In this document: positions 1-11,011 of the stretch, piece by piece | How the letters are laid out: each line of letters begins with the position of its first letter | Position numbering within the stretch: the first letter of the stretch is position 1 | DNA from: Bigelowiella natans CCMP2755 | Lineage: Eukaryota > Protista > Cercozoa | Assembly: GCA_000320545.1 (NCBI GenBank) | Contig: ADNK01002961.1 | Coordinates: 1-64,000 of the forward strand | Length of the DNA: 64,000 bases | Direction: 5' to 3' | Position numbers and translations under genes: made by a program | Notes under the pieces: model-generated | Told to the model about the DNA's origin: nothing | Database searches by the model: none | What the model saw: only the letters and a program-made list of their open reading frames with translations

Positions 1-41
1 TTAAGGTTAAGGTTAAGGTTAAGGTTAAGGTTAAGGTTAAG
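1..41 (+). repeat. (TTAAGG)n telomere-like microsatellite, ~7 units, intronic
   Basis: ttaagg repeated from position 1, followed by (gta)n, (ca)n and (ga)n, upstream of the Sel1 exon acceptor at 189. Confidence 0.8.
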
Positions 42-92
42 TAGTAGTAGTAGTAGTGGTGGTGGGTCGTTGTGCATAGTACGCACACACAA

Positions 93-140
<48 letters not shown>

Positions 141-189
141 GACAGAGAGAGAGAGAGAGAAATATTCACTTCCAATTACCATTTCACAG

Positions 190-562
190 GCAGCTGAAGC
201 TGGCGATGCTGCCGGCCAAACATCTCTGGCTGAATGCTTCTTAAACGGCCTCGGCGTGAAGAAGAGCAAGAAGGTACTCCATCGACCAAATCTATCCTAA
301 ATGAGATGCATACCGGGAGCGCCGTATCACACATCAAGAAAGCGAATGCGCGGTGATTAGCATCCAAACGCCCTGTGTTTGTCCTCCTCCATTTGTGTTA
401 CTCACTAGACGGCGTTCAAGTGGTACAAGAAGGCGGCGAAGCAAGGCTTTGCACTGGCGCAAAGTGCGCTCGGGGATAGCTACGCGTACGTGCACCAAAA
501 CAAAAACAGTTTTTCTTCATTTTCGTGTGTGTGTGTGTGTGTGTGTTTGTGTGCGGGTACGT

Positions 563-601
<39 letters not shown>

Positions 602-963
602 CGTGTGAGCGTGTGAGTGTGCGTGTGTCAAAACGAGCAGCTATTTTTTTGGTTGTTTTTAATTTTTCCGACGTTGAATTTCCAGCGATGTTTCACTGAT
701 ACTGAGGGGTTTATTGCCGTTTGGTGGGGAGGAGAGGAAACTCGTTGATTTCCCCATTTTTCCCTTCATAAGAAAATCAACGCAGCATTGTATAAAAAGG
801 CGAATTTGAAGTGTTTAGATCTTTTTGCGTGCTTTGATGTGCAGGTATGGAGAAGGCGTCAAAGCGGATACCGTAAAGGTCTTGATTGAGCATACAGATT
901 GATGAAACTGGCGTAGAGACTCAATATATGAATACATTAAATATATGATATGTATATTAATAT

Positions 964-1005
<42 letters not shown>

Positions 1006-2507
1006 GCTTCGTGAGAGGGGCGGCGCATAAGCAATACTTTTTAAGAGAGGGGCGGAGAGAAAAGAGGGGCGCCATTCCGCTTATAGCCGTCTATTGCTTC
1101 CCCGAAAACATAGGCCTTGAAGTGGTACGAGAAAGCAGCTGAGCATGGCATCGTTGAGTCGGAAATCGCCCTTGCGGAGATTTACTACAACGGGGATGGA
1201 GGGGTCAAGCAGGATGCGAAAAAAGCCTTTGAATTCGCAAATCGGGTAAGTTTGCATCCTCTGATCGAAGAACCGACGCTAGGCGCCTCCGACTTTACTT
1301 TTTTTATGGGTGGCGGAGCTGCGTTGTTTTTGACTTGTCAACTCTGGTTAGTTTGTGGGTTGGGGGCATGTTTTTCTTCGCGTGTTTGGTGTGATATCCT
1401 CCTTTTGGACGCGAATTTAGGCCGCGGATAAGGGTCACCAGCTAGGGCAAAACCTGCTGGGAGATTGCTACTTTGAAGGTAACGCGTGCGGTGAGGCAAG
1501 GGCGCCTCGAATAGCTGATGATGATAGTTATTATGGAGGCGTATGGTAGCGTAATGGTGGCCAAGATGTGGGGACGAGAAATCTGAATCATTGGCCTGTG
1601 CTCAGGAATTGGAGTAAAGCAGGACATGAAAAAGGCGTTTTCCTTGTTCGTTCTTTCCGCGGAGCAAGGTGTGGGTTTGGTTTGCGTGTTTTCCCCTTCT
1701 GTAGCATAATCGGCCAGGCCCATGAATGCTGAATACGATGCGCGCGCGTGTGTGTGTGTGTCTGTGTGTGCGTGTGTGTTTGCTTTTACAGGTAACACGG
1801 GAGCGATGAATAATCTAGGCAGCTGCTACGATGAAGGTGACCTTTTTGCCTGTAGTAGGGGTTGAAAGAGAAGAGTTTCTCCAGTCGTACAGTGTTCTCA
1901 TGCTTGGCGTATGATTGTTGCGTTGTAAGGGTTGGGCGTGGCGCAAGATTCTACAAAGGCGTTCAAATGGTTCAAAAAGGCCGCCGAGAAAGGTCTCAGC
2001 ATGCCTCTTACACTCACGCTCATGGGAGAACATCGTCTTAACTGTGCATGACCTTCCCCACGACACAAAAGTGCACGTTTCAGTGGCTCGATGGCGATTT
2101 CATTGTTGTTTTCTCCGTTTACCAGGAAATGCGGAGGCGCAAAACAATCTGGGAAGCTGCTACTACGATGGCGTTGGCGTGAAGAAGAATCTTAAGGCAG
2201 CAGCTAAATGGTAAGTAGATTCAGCATTGTTGAAGTGATAACTTTCGCAGAGGACACAATTGATATCAACAGAAATGAGAGGGATTAACGAAGAACATCT
2301 TTTCTCTAAAAATCACAATTGTGTGCTGCATTGTGGGGCTTGAAATTGTGTTTTTATGACATTCATTCGGTTAGGTTCCGTAAGTCTGCATCTCAGGGAC
2401 ATGAGGACGCTTTGCATGGATTGGAGCTTTGCAAACAAGTCCAGAAACAGTCGTCGAAAAGGTCGATCGACTCTAAGAAACAGGACACCACCAGCGGAAA
2501 CACATAG
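190..2507 (+). CDS. Sel1-like repeat (SLR) protein, multi-exon, 5' end outside window
   Basis: GT-AG exons give AAEAGDAAGQTSLAECFLNGLGVKK / AFKWYKKAAKQGFALAQSALG / LKWYEKAAEHG..YNGDGGVKQDAKKAF / GNAEAQNNLGSCYYDGVGVKKNLKAAAKW / FRKSASQGH..; stop TAG at 2505-2507. Confidence 0.9.
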
Positions 2508-2700
2508 CTGTTGTCACACCACACGCGCGGCGAGAAAAATTGCGTGCGTGCATGTGATACTAACAAGTCATGGAATGAACAAATCAAATAATGCCCGCAA
2601 CCAGCATGTACCATGTTAGCATAGCACGTCCGCAGCGCAATGCACTAGTACATGCCAAAGCAGCAGACAGCACCAGACACATGCACAATGTGCGCGCTAT

Positions 2701-2958
2701 TGCTGTGTCCACAACAGATGATGTTGGGAGATGCACGTGTGTGCGTGTTGCAATCATTGCATGTGACTTCCAACCTCAAGCCATCATTGCTGTTGCACCT
2801 GTGCGCAACTTGTCGTCACACACACAATTGCACAATGCAACAAACAGAAAAATGATGTCCAAATGTGATCGACAAAAAATGCTCTTCACACAACAATTGA
2901 TGTGCCATTGATTTTGTTTGGAGAGCACTTGTCCGTCATGTGAAGCGGCGTTGATCCC
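2701..2958. other. TpA-free tract in a convergent intergenic gap
   Basis: No TA dinucleotide found by eye in 258 bp of AT-balanced DNA. CA/TG are abundant and CG is still present. Confidence 0.85.
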
Positions 2959-3232
2959 TAGAACATAATGGGTGTTCTAGTCTGGCAGTACTGCTCCTCA
3001 TCCACGTGTGCAGCATGTAGGTGTGTGATGTGTAAGTAATAATAATAATGATTATTATAACTGCCAATGGCAGTGTGTGTGCAAGGCACACCTCGCAAAG
3101 CGATGCGACTATGTTATGCGACAGCATCATGCGATTGTATCATTATGCTGCATCATATTGCATTGTTATACTTGTGTTTCCCAGGGGGTGTTTTTCAAGG
3201 GAGGGGGTTCTATATATTAAAGTATGTAAGTA

Positions 3233-3279
<47 letters not shown>

Positions 3280-3414
3280 GTTTGGTGTTTGAAAAGCCCC
3301 AGAAGCCCTCATTAATTGTAAAATGAAGGAGGTAAAAGAAAGCACTAATTTAAGTGGGATTGAAATTAAAATGAAGAGGAAAACGATATAAAGAATTGAA
3401 TATTATAACATTAA

Positions 3415-3909
3415 ATGGAAGAGTTAAAAAATGAATTATTAAAAATAAGAAAAAACATAAAAATAATACAACTTGATGTCGCTAAAATGAGAAATAGTTT
3501 GAAAGAGGAGCATATCAGTATGGAAAAAGGTTGTGCTTTGGAGGAATAAATTAAAAATGATAGAAGAAAGTTATATAAATTGTTAAAAGAAGAAATGAGA
3601 ATAGCGACCAAAATATATAGAATGAAGAACAAAGAAAAAATGAAACAATACAGCAAAAACTACAGAGAAGCAAATAAAGAAAAAATAAATCAACAAAAGA
3701 AAGAATACAGAGAAGCGAACAAAGAAAAAATAAAACAATACAACAAAAAATATAGAGAAGCAAACAAAGAAAAAATGTTAGAAGAAATGAAACAAAAGGT
3801 AGATTGTGAGTTCTGTAATTGTGCTGTGACCAAAAAGCATTTACGAAGACATCAAAGAACCAAGAAATGTTTGAAAACAAGACAACAACACACACCAACA
3901 ACAAAGTAG
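3415..3909 (+). pseudogene. Lys/Glu-rich repeat + zinc-finger protein interrupted by one in-frame TAA
   Basis: ATG 3415 MEELKNELL...CALEE, TAA 3547-3549, then the same frame continues IKNDRRKLY...YREANKEK x3...CEFCNCAVTKKHLRRHQRTKKC. Confidence 0.65.
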
Positions 3910-3944
3910 AACATGCAAACATGTGTTCCTACCTATGAAACAAA

Positions 3945-4089
3945 CGATATGCCGTGCTAATACATATGCGACTGCTATTACGAAGCGATATGCCGTGCTA
4001 ATACACTGCTATTATGAAGCGATATGTCGTGCTGATACATATGCGACTGCCATTACAAAGCAATATGCTAATACATATGCGACTGCTAC
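3945..4089 (+). repeat. ~41-bp imperfect tandem repeat, 3-4 units
   Basis: cgatatgccgtgctaatacatatgcgactgctattacgaag and variants. Confidence 0.85.
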
Positions 4090-4193
4090 AACATACATAC
4101 TTAACAATATAAGCTATTAGCAAAAGGATTCCACTTTTACAAAACATCCAACTATGATTTCTATTTAAAGAATTGTCTCATTATAAGATTAAT

Positions 4194-4391
4194 ATGAGTA
4201 ATATTAATCAAGTAAATAAGAGTAGCACAGCAGATAAAATCTATGACATTGACGGTAAACTTAGTGAAATCGTCCTCGTAATAGATGAACTAAAAGCCGA
4301 ACTGAATCCTGAATTCTATCGCAAACTAAGAGATAAACTGATGGAAGTCCACATTTGTCTAATGAGCGAAGTTGTAGATGGTTATAAATAA
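4194..4391 (+). CDS. small hypothetical helical protein within the AT-rich insert
   Basis: MSNINQVNK...KLSEIVLVIDELKAELNPEFYRKLRDKLMEVH; protein-like composition, no recognised motif. Confidence 0.35.
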   Translation: MSNINQVNKSSTADKIYDIDGKLSEIVLVIDELKAELNPEFYRKLRDKLMEVHICLMSEVVDGYK

Positions 4392-4435
4392 CTGTATTTT
4401 CTCCAGACTGGACCCGATGTGTGTGCGGAAGCAGT

Positions 4436-6514
4436 CTACATAGCGATGCGAAGATACTCCCCAGATTTGTGTTCTTTTTCATCACCAGCACTCCCACCAA
4501 CAGCAAACAGTTTGCCATCCCCAACGGCCACACCCAAACCTTTCCTCATAGTATTCATATCAGGGATTTTCTTCCACCCCGCATTCACATTCTTCAAATC
4601 CAGATACTCCCCAGATGCGAGAGAATCACCACCACCAAACCCACCAACAGCAAACAGTTTGCCATCCCCAACGGCCACACCCAAACAACTCCTCCAAGTA
4701 TTCATATCAGGGATTTTCGTCCACCCCGCATCCACATTCTTCAAATCCAGATACTCTCCAGATTTGTGATAATTACTACGATCAAACCCACCAACAGCAA
4801 ACAGTTTGCCATCCCCAACAGCTACACCCAAACCATTCCTCTCAGTATTCATATCAGGGAGTTTCTTCCACCCCGCATCCATTTTCTTCAAATCCAGATA
4901 CTCCCCAGATTTGAGAAGATTACGATATCCACCCTCTCCACCAACAGCAAACAGTTTGCTATCCCCAACGGCCACACCCAAACCATCCCTCTTTATATTC
5001 ATATCAGGCAGTTTCTTCCACCCCGCATCCATTTTCTTCAAATCCAGATACTCCCCAGATTTGAGAAGATTACTACCGTCTTTAAAATGATACCCACCAA
5101 CAGCAAACAGTTTGCCATCCCCAACGACCACACCCAAACCATACCTCATAGTATTCATATCAGGGAGTTTCTTCCACCCCGCATCCACATTCTTCAAATC
5201 CAGATACTCCCCAGATTTGAGAAAATTACTACCATCATACCCACCAACAGCAAACAGTTTGCCATCCCCAACGGCCACACCCAAATACTCCCTCTTAGTC
5301 ATCATATCAGGGAGTTTCCCTTGTCTCAACTTCGCATCAGCCTCCTTCTCCATCCCGCCGACACATTCATACATCTCATCAGAGAATGTTAAAAATTGAC
5401 TTGCAGATAATGTGCTGTTTTGGACTTTCGGAATGGCTTCTATCAAGATATCCTTTAGATGTTGGTAAACCGATTTCTCAGAAGAAACACTGTTCGACTT
5501 AAATATTTCATCAGCTTTTGTAATTCTGAACACTTGGTAGACTCTACGGATTCGATTGATGAATGCTTCTCGACCCTCAAACATAGATTTTCCTGACGAT
5601 ACTTTCTTGATGTCATTCTGTAGTTCTTTGATGTCGAAAAGAGGTTGAAGGTAGATTTTAGTATCCTTTCGTGCAGTCGTTGACACACATATACTTGCAG
5701 CAATGATCCTATTGTCTAAATCCATCTGTTTGTTGTTGAATATGTCAACCGCTTTAGACTTTGCTAATTGGAACAGATCTTTTCTTTCTTTTGGGTTTCC
5801 TTGGCGGATAGCCTCTTTGAAAAGCTGGATTGCTCCTTTAAGTATTCCTTCTTCTTTTGCTATTATGAAGGATTCAATTCGATCTAATTGGGCTGTCACA
5901 GCCTCACTCCACTCTTTCCACTCCGCATCTTTTTTGGCTCTCCATCTCACACACCACTTGAAAGGTATAAATACAACCGTGCCAAGTGCAACCGCCAAAT
6001 CATTGTCCAAAAAGTGACTAACGACTTCGATACCCCCTTTGCACAACGAATAAATCTTTTGCCCCCCATCTTTCATTTCCAACACTTCCCCCAATGTGAC
6101 TACTCAAGGGGTCGCAAGATTGCTCGGTGTCATCTTCCCACTGATAAGATTGTAAGAAGTCTTGGAATCACTTTGGGTCCCACTTTCGTTGTGCTGCATC
6201 TGTGTGCTATTATGCTTCAATTCACAGGATATGTCCATTTTAAAGCCATTGTTGATGTTTCCTACTTTTCTAGTCGAAGGATTGGAATGGCCAGCTTTCT
6301 CAGAAGAGGTTCTTGGCCTTTTACTCCGTCCGCAAAAACATCCAAACCCAACGACACACAAAGCAAAAACGAAAAAGAGCACAAATCCTGCCAACAGCAT
6401 GAATGAATTTTTCTCAAGAACATTTGCATACTCATCCACACTGCATTCTTTTCCTGTGGGAGCATCGCGACTGCAATCGCCCAGTCCGAGCAAGCTCCAG
6501 AAGCTGCTGTCCAT
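4436..6514 (-). CDS. Kelch-repeat protein (6 blades) with helical N-domain; an upstream TM-bearing ORF is in the same frame behind one TGA
   Basis: Six repeats of PDM.T.R..LGVAVGDGKLFAVGG...SGEYLDL....GW. ORFs 6104-6517 and 4436-6094 share a frame and are separated only by TGA at 6104-6106. Intronless. Confidence 0.85.
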
Positions 6515-7070
6515 CACAAATCACCCTTCTACTGAATTGGAATTTTGCCATTTCTAAGAGTTTCTTGGCATTTTCACTAAATATCCACAAAAAATCCCCT
6601 GTCAACTTGCCCTATTTTTTCGGTTACTAGTATGTGTTTCAACAGGTTCATCAGTCCACTTCTCTCTCGGTTTCGGTGTTTTTTTCCCTATTGCTTTTTT
6701 TTGCCATTTCGTTTTTCAGCAGGTTTCAGTTGGTTCTTGCTGAAAGTTTTGTCTGAAACACCTTCCAAAATGCATCTTACAGGTCGGTCAGAGCTGATCT
6801 TTTTAGATTCCCTCGTAGGAAAATCCCTGTTGATTATTTATCAACGACATCTATTTTAACGTAATGCAATCAGAAAAAGGACAGTTCATATCGTGAGACT
6901 GAACATGGCGTTACACGCATGTACAATACGACATTACTTCAGAATTCAGGTACTCGTATGATGCAGGCATGATGCATGTCAGGTATTAATGAGACCACTT
7001 CGCCTCACATCAATCGCTTTCCAGCCCGCTTCACAGCCCGAGAGTTAGTAGCGCCATAAGGTCACAGACC

Positions 7071-8808
7071 ATGCAACCCTGGTTTCTCCTGGTGCTTTGC
7101 ATCCCAAGCCTTGACTTCTCTGTACTTGGGACTGCAAAGAGAATAGGGGTCAAGATACCTCTTGACCACATTAACACCAATGTTTCTATTGCAGCCAGGT
7201 AAACTGTAAAAGTGTGGCTTCCATCGTTTTCACACTAAGAGACAACACAATGAGGCCAAAGCACATCACCTAATTTTCGACATTTTTGTGGTAGTTTTGA
7301 TGGAGATATTACAAGTGTGAGTCATTTCTCGGGAAGGTGGGAGAATACTACGCTGCTGTACGTTGTCCAGGTACTCCATTATATGAATTTATTTTGTCCA
7401 TTTGGAACCGGAGTACGTGTTGGAATGCATTGCTTATTTATGCTCTGATGCTCTCCCTTTCTCTCCGGACAGTCGCAAAGTTCGCAAAGTTCTGGACGGC
7501 CTAGAATTTTCAAATACAAAGTCGAAACCGGTGAAAAAGTGTTTGTTGCTGGGAGCCTAGCCCATACGGGTGGGAAAAAAATAGATGGAAATGCAGCTGA
7601 GGCAACCTTCGGGCAGATTAATAGCTTGGATTTTCACTGGCGATGGGCATTTTGGGCTGACAAGGTGCATGTATATGCCCACTCTAATTTAAATGACATT
7701 TAAGAAGATCAGAAACGGAGAAGATAGAACCAAACGATGATTGCTACTCTTTATTCGCAAAAAAATTGCTAATTTTATGCATCAACTTTCAGGATTACCA
7801 CTGTATTCGATCCATCGATTTCAGTACTTCAAATGTGACTACAATTGCCCCACTTGGGCATGATATAAATGGATACCGGGACGGTAGTCTCTCAATCGCC
7901 CGATTTCATATGGTATCAATTATTCAAACATTAGACTGCAATTTCGAGTTTTAGATTTCGAATATCTGTGGATTTACAATATATTCAAATCCTCCCCTTC
8001 CCCCCTCCCCCCTCCCTCAATCAATAAGTCTTATATGTGTGGTATTTCCAGCCCGAAGATACTGCAGCTTGTGTGCCGCCGTTCACCTATCAAGGCTGCA
8101 AGGAGGGACTCTACGTGGCAGACACTGTAGTGAGAAGACGTGTAAACTTCAGTTGAAGCATTACTTTATAGTAGTAGCTGTTATTGCAGCCACAGACTAA
8201 CACAGCCAGTTAATAGGCATATGGTGTGGTATGATGCGATATTTTGGATGATGTCACAACGATGCCTCACGACGTATAATAACAAAACTTTGTCAAGTTT
8301 CCCGTATTCCGTCTGTTGAGATCCAAAAGTATGCATGTTCATTTCCCGTTACTGATTTACACTCGCCTCCCCCCTCCCTTCCATCCCCTCGTGCATCTTT
8401 ATCATCACACAGATGAACAAACGGATTCGACATATATCGATCGTAAACGGAGGTACGAGTGATGGTAATATCGAGTTTGGAGAAGTCAATACGCTTGCAG
8501 GGCACACGGCGTCCTCTTCTGATCCCAAGGATGGTGTCGGCTCTATGGCATATCTTTCTCAACCAACAAGACTAGGTTTTCACAGCTGCAGCACCGTCAT
8601 TTCCTCTCTGTTTAATGGGGACATGCCTTTACCTTCGACGACCTGGCCCCGCTTTGTTTTTATTAATTCTAAGTACAAAGGGAGTTATGTTTTTCGCTTT
8701 TTTAATGTGTGGCGCAGTAGAGAACAAGTGGAGCCCTCTGCATGCATGTAGCCCTTCTTTCAACTATCGATAAAGTCAGGATACTCCAGAGCGATATAGC
8801 CTAAAAAA

Positions 8809-8843
<35 letters not shown>

Positions 8844-10970
8844 GCCATCTCCGTCGTCCGTAATTGTATATAGCTCTCGACAGAAGAACCCGCAGAGGCT
8901 TGCTATACATATCATGCAAGGTGGAATATTCAAGGGAAGAATAAGAAATTAGATAGAAAGTTTTAAGGGAAGCGAAGCCATGAAAAAGCGGGAATCAACA
9001 TGCTGTAGCTATGATGATCTTGGTGGCATTTTCATCATTCAATACACATCCTTGAAATTTGACGTATTTCTCTAGCATCGTATACGCAAGCTCGACCTGT
9101 ACAGCCAGGAGGTCACAACCCTCGTAGGGTTTGCTGGAAAGGCAGGAATGGTCGCTATATCTCCTATATCTTACTCCACACAGTCACTTTCCATACCATC
9201 TCGCCTTGCTCTCCTCGCTAAGGGCTTCGGGGAGAGAATGTTTCGATCTGAGCATACATATTTTTAATTCGTCGAGCGAATATCTATGAACCACCATAAT
9301 ATCCAGATGATGACGATCTGGTCTGTTGTTGCTGATGTGCGTTGCCTCCTCCCTTTGTCAGACGGATGGAAATATTGACGTGGCAAGACTCACGTATCCG
9401 ATAAGCATGACACTCTCTCGGGACGGAACCCAACTATACTTTTCAGAGGGCAGAGAGTCATCTCTTGGCGTTTCTTATGTACTTCTTTTCAAATTTGCGA
9501 CCCAATTTTTTTTAGTGTGTGTGTATGTGTGTGTGTGTGTGTGTGCGCGCGCAGTTTACTTCCACATAATATGAAGCATGTTTTTCCCGACAAACTTTCA
9601 GATGTATTGAGGTTAGACTTTGGGAAATACAGAAATACTTGTCTGTGGCATGACTAGTGCTATGCCGTGGGGGGAAATAAAAACCAAAATCCTCGTCATT
9701 ACGTCGTAGAAACTTAATAGAAATATCAACGAAAGCATTCTTATACGAAGTTCCAGCTCACCTTCATCTTGATCCGTCTACTGAGCCTTATTTGCCTAAT
9801 CCGATGTTATCTCAGCCCCGCGTGCGTGTAGTAGACATGGAGAAGAAAAGTTTACGTTCAATTGCTGGCAGCGACAATACAATCGTGATAGATGGGTGGG
9901 GATGGGACGCTGCATTTCAGGTTCGCTAATTTGCTTACAATGAGGGTTAGGGTTTTAAGGTTAAGGTTTGAGGTTAAGAGTAACTCTGTATGCAACGTGA
10001 AACTGCTGAGGTTCTGACCATGTTTTTCCCGTGATGATCTACGGTAGCTTACTTAATTATGTCTTGGTTTCTACTGTCAGACCCCAAGATCTTTAGTGCT
10101 TGATGAAGACGCCATCGCACCAACGGTAACGTTACGTACCTGATCGGATGACCCACCATACACGCCGCCTTCCACGTTTTTTGCTCATTAAAACACACAC
10201 GTAGCAAAGTAATGCTGAACTCAAGGGGTAGCTTGGGAAGGGCATTAGTACATATTTTGTATCCATCCCGGATGTACTCTCTTGAATAACGACCGCATTT
10301 TCTCAGCATGGCCATTTTATATTTTTTCTTGACGTGAAGCATGATCCTATGGCGAATTATGATCAAACCTTATGCTTCCCACACTTGCAGCTGTACGTGG
10401 GGGATAAGAGCAACTTGCGGAAAATCGAGTCAAACGGAGGAACTGTCAACGTAGAGGCTCGCTCCGCATAAAACTGCAAGAGAGGCGGGGAGGGTTGGGG
10501 TGGAGGAGGGCTTTGCTTGAATGATAAGTAAATATCTACTGTTGTGGTAACTGTTAGCTCTTACACATCGTTTTAGACATGGGGAGACGTACGTTACGAG
10601 GGAGGGCCGAATAACGAAACCGCGCGAGCATCCAGTGTCGTGCAGATCGAAGCTTCTACCGAAGCGATAGCTGCACTGACTAAAGGTAAGAGCTGATAGA
10701 GATGAAGTACAGATATTTTGTTTCTCTGCAACCTTCCGGAGCTTTGCTTGCTCCCATTCCTCTTCTCCACCTTTATCCCCATCCTTCCTCAAATTTGTTC
10801 TGTCAAGCAGCTTCATCTCATCAAAACGTTGTCTTTTCTGCACAGACGGGGAAGTAAAGGCCTGGGGCAACGTGCTATACGGAGGCCTCGAATTCCCCAA
10901 CGCATCCCACGCCCTCAAAGTTGTGTCGAGCTATGGTAGGTAGCGTAGTGGGTCTTTAATTTGCACCATC

Positions 10971-11011
<41 letters not shown>

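Larger units (their letters stand above)
3183..4395 (+). mobile_element. AT-rich, intronless virus-like insert (large-dsDNA-virus/Polinton-like style ORFs); boundaries approximate
   Basis: Abrupt shift to very A-rich sequence; short intronless ORFs, one with (K/N)YREANKEK repeats and a C-terminal CxxC..H..C finger. No integrase, capsid gene or TIR was seen. Confidence 0.45.

Noticed and set aside
1-41. Possible telomere; similar degenerate ttaggg/ttaagg runs at ~9944-9978
   Set aside because: Short, lies between coding exons, and is in the wrong orientation for a left chromosome end.
3945-4089. CRISPR-like array
   Set aside because: No unique spacers, no cas genes, eukaryotic context.
4421-5392. 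323-aa plus-strand ORF
   Set aside because: Antisense shadow of the repetitive Kelch frame.
3547-6106. Alternative genetic code suggested by in-frame TAA and TGA
   Set aside because: TAA, TAG and TGA all terminate intact genes elsewhere in the window.
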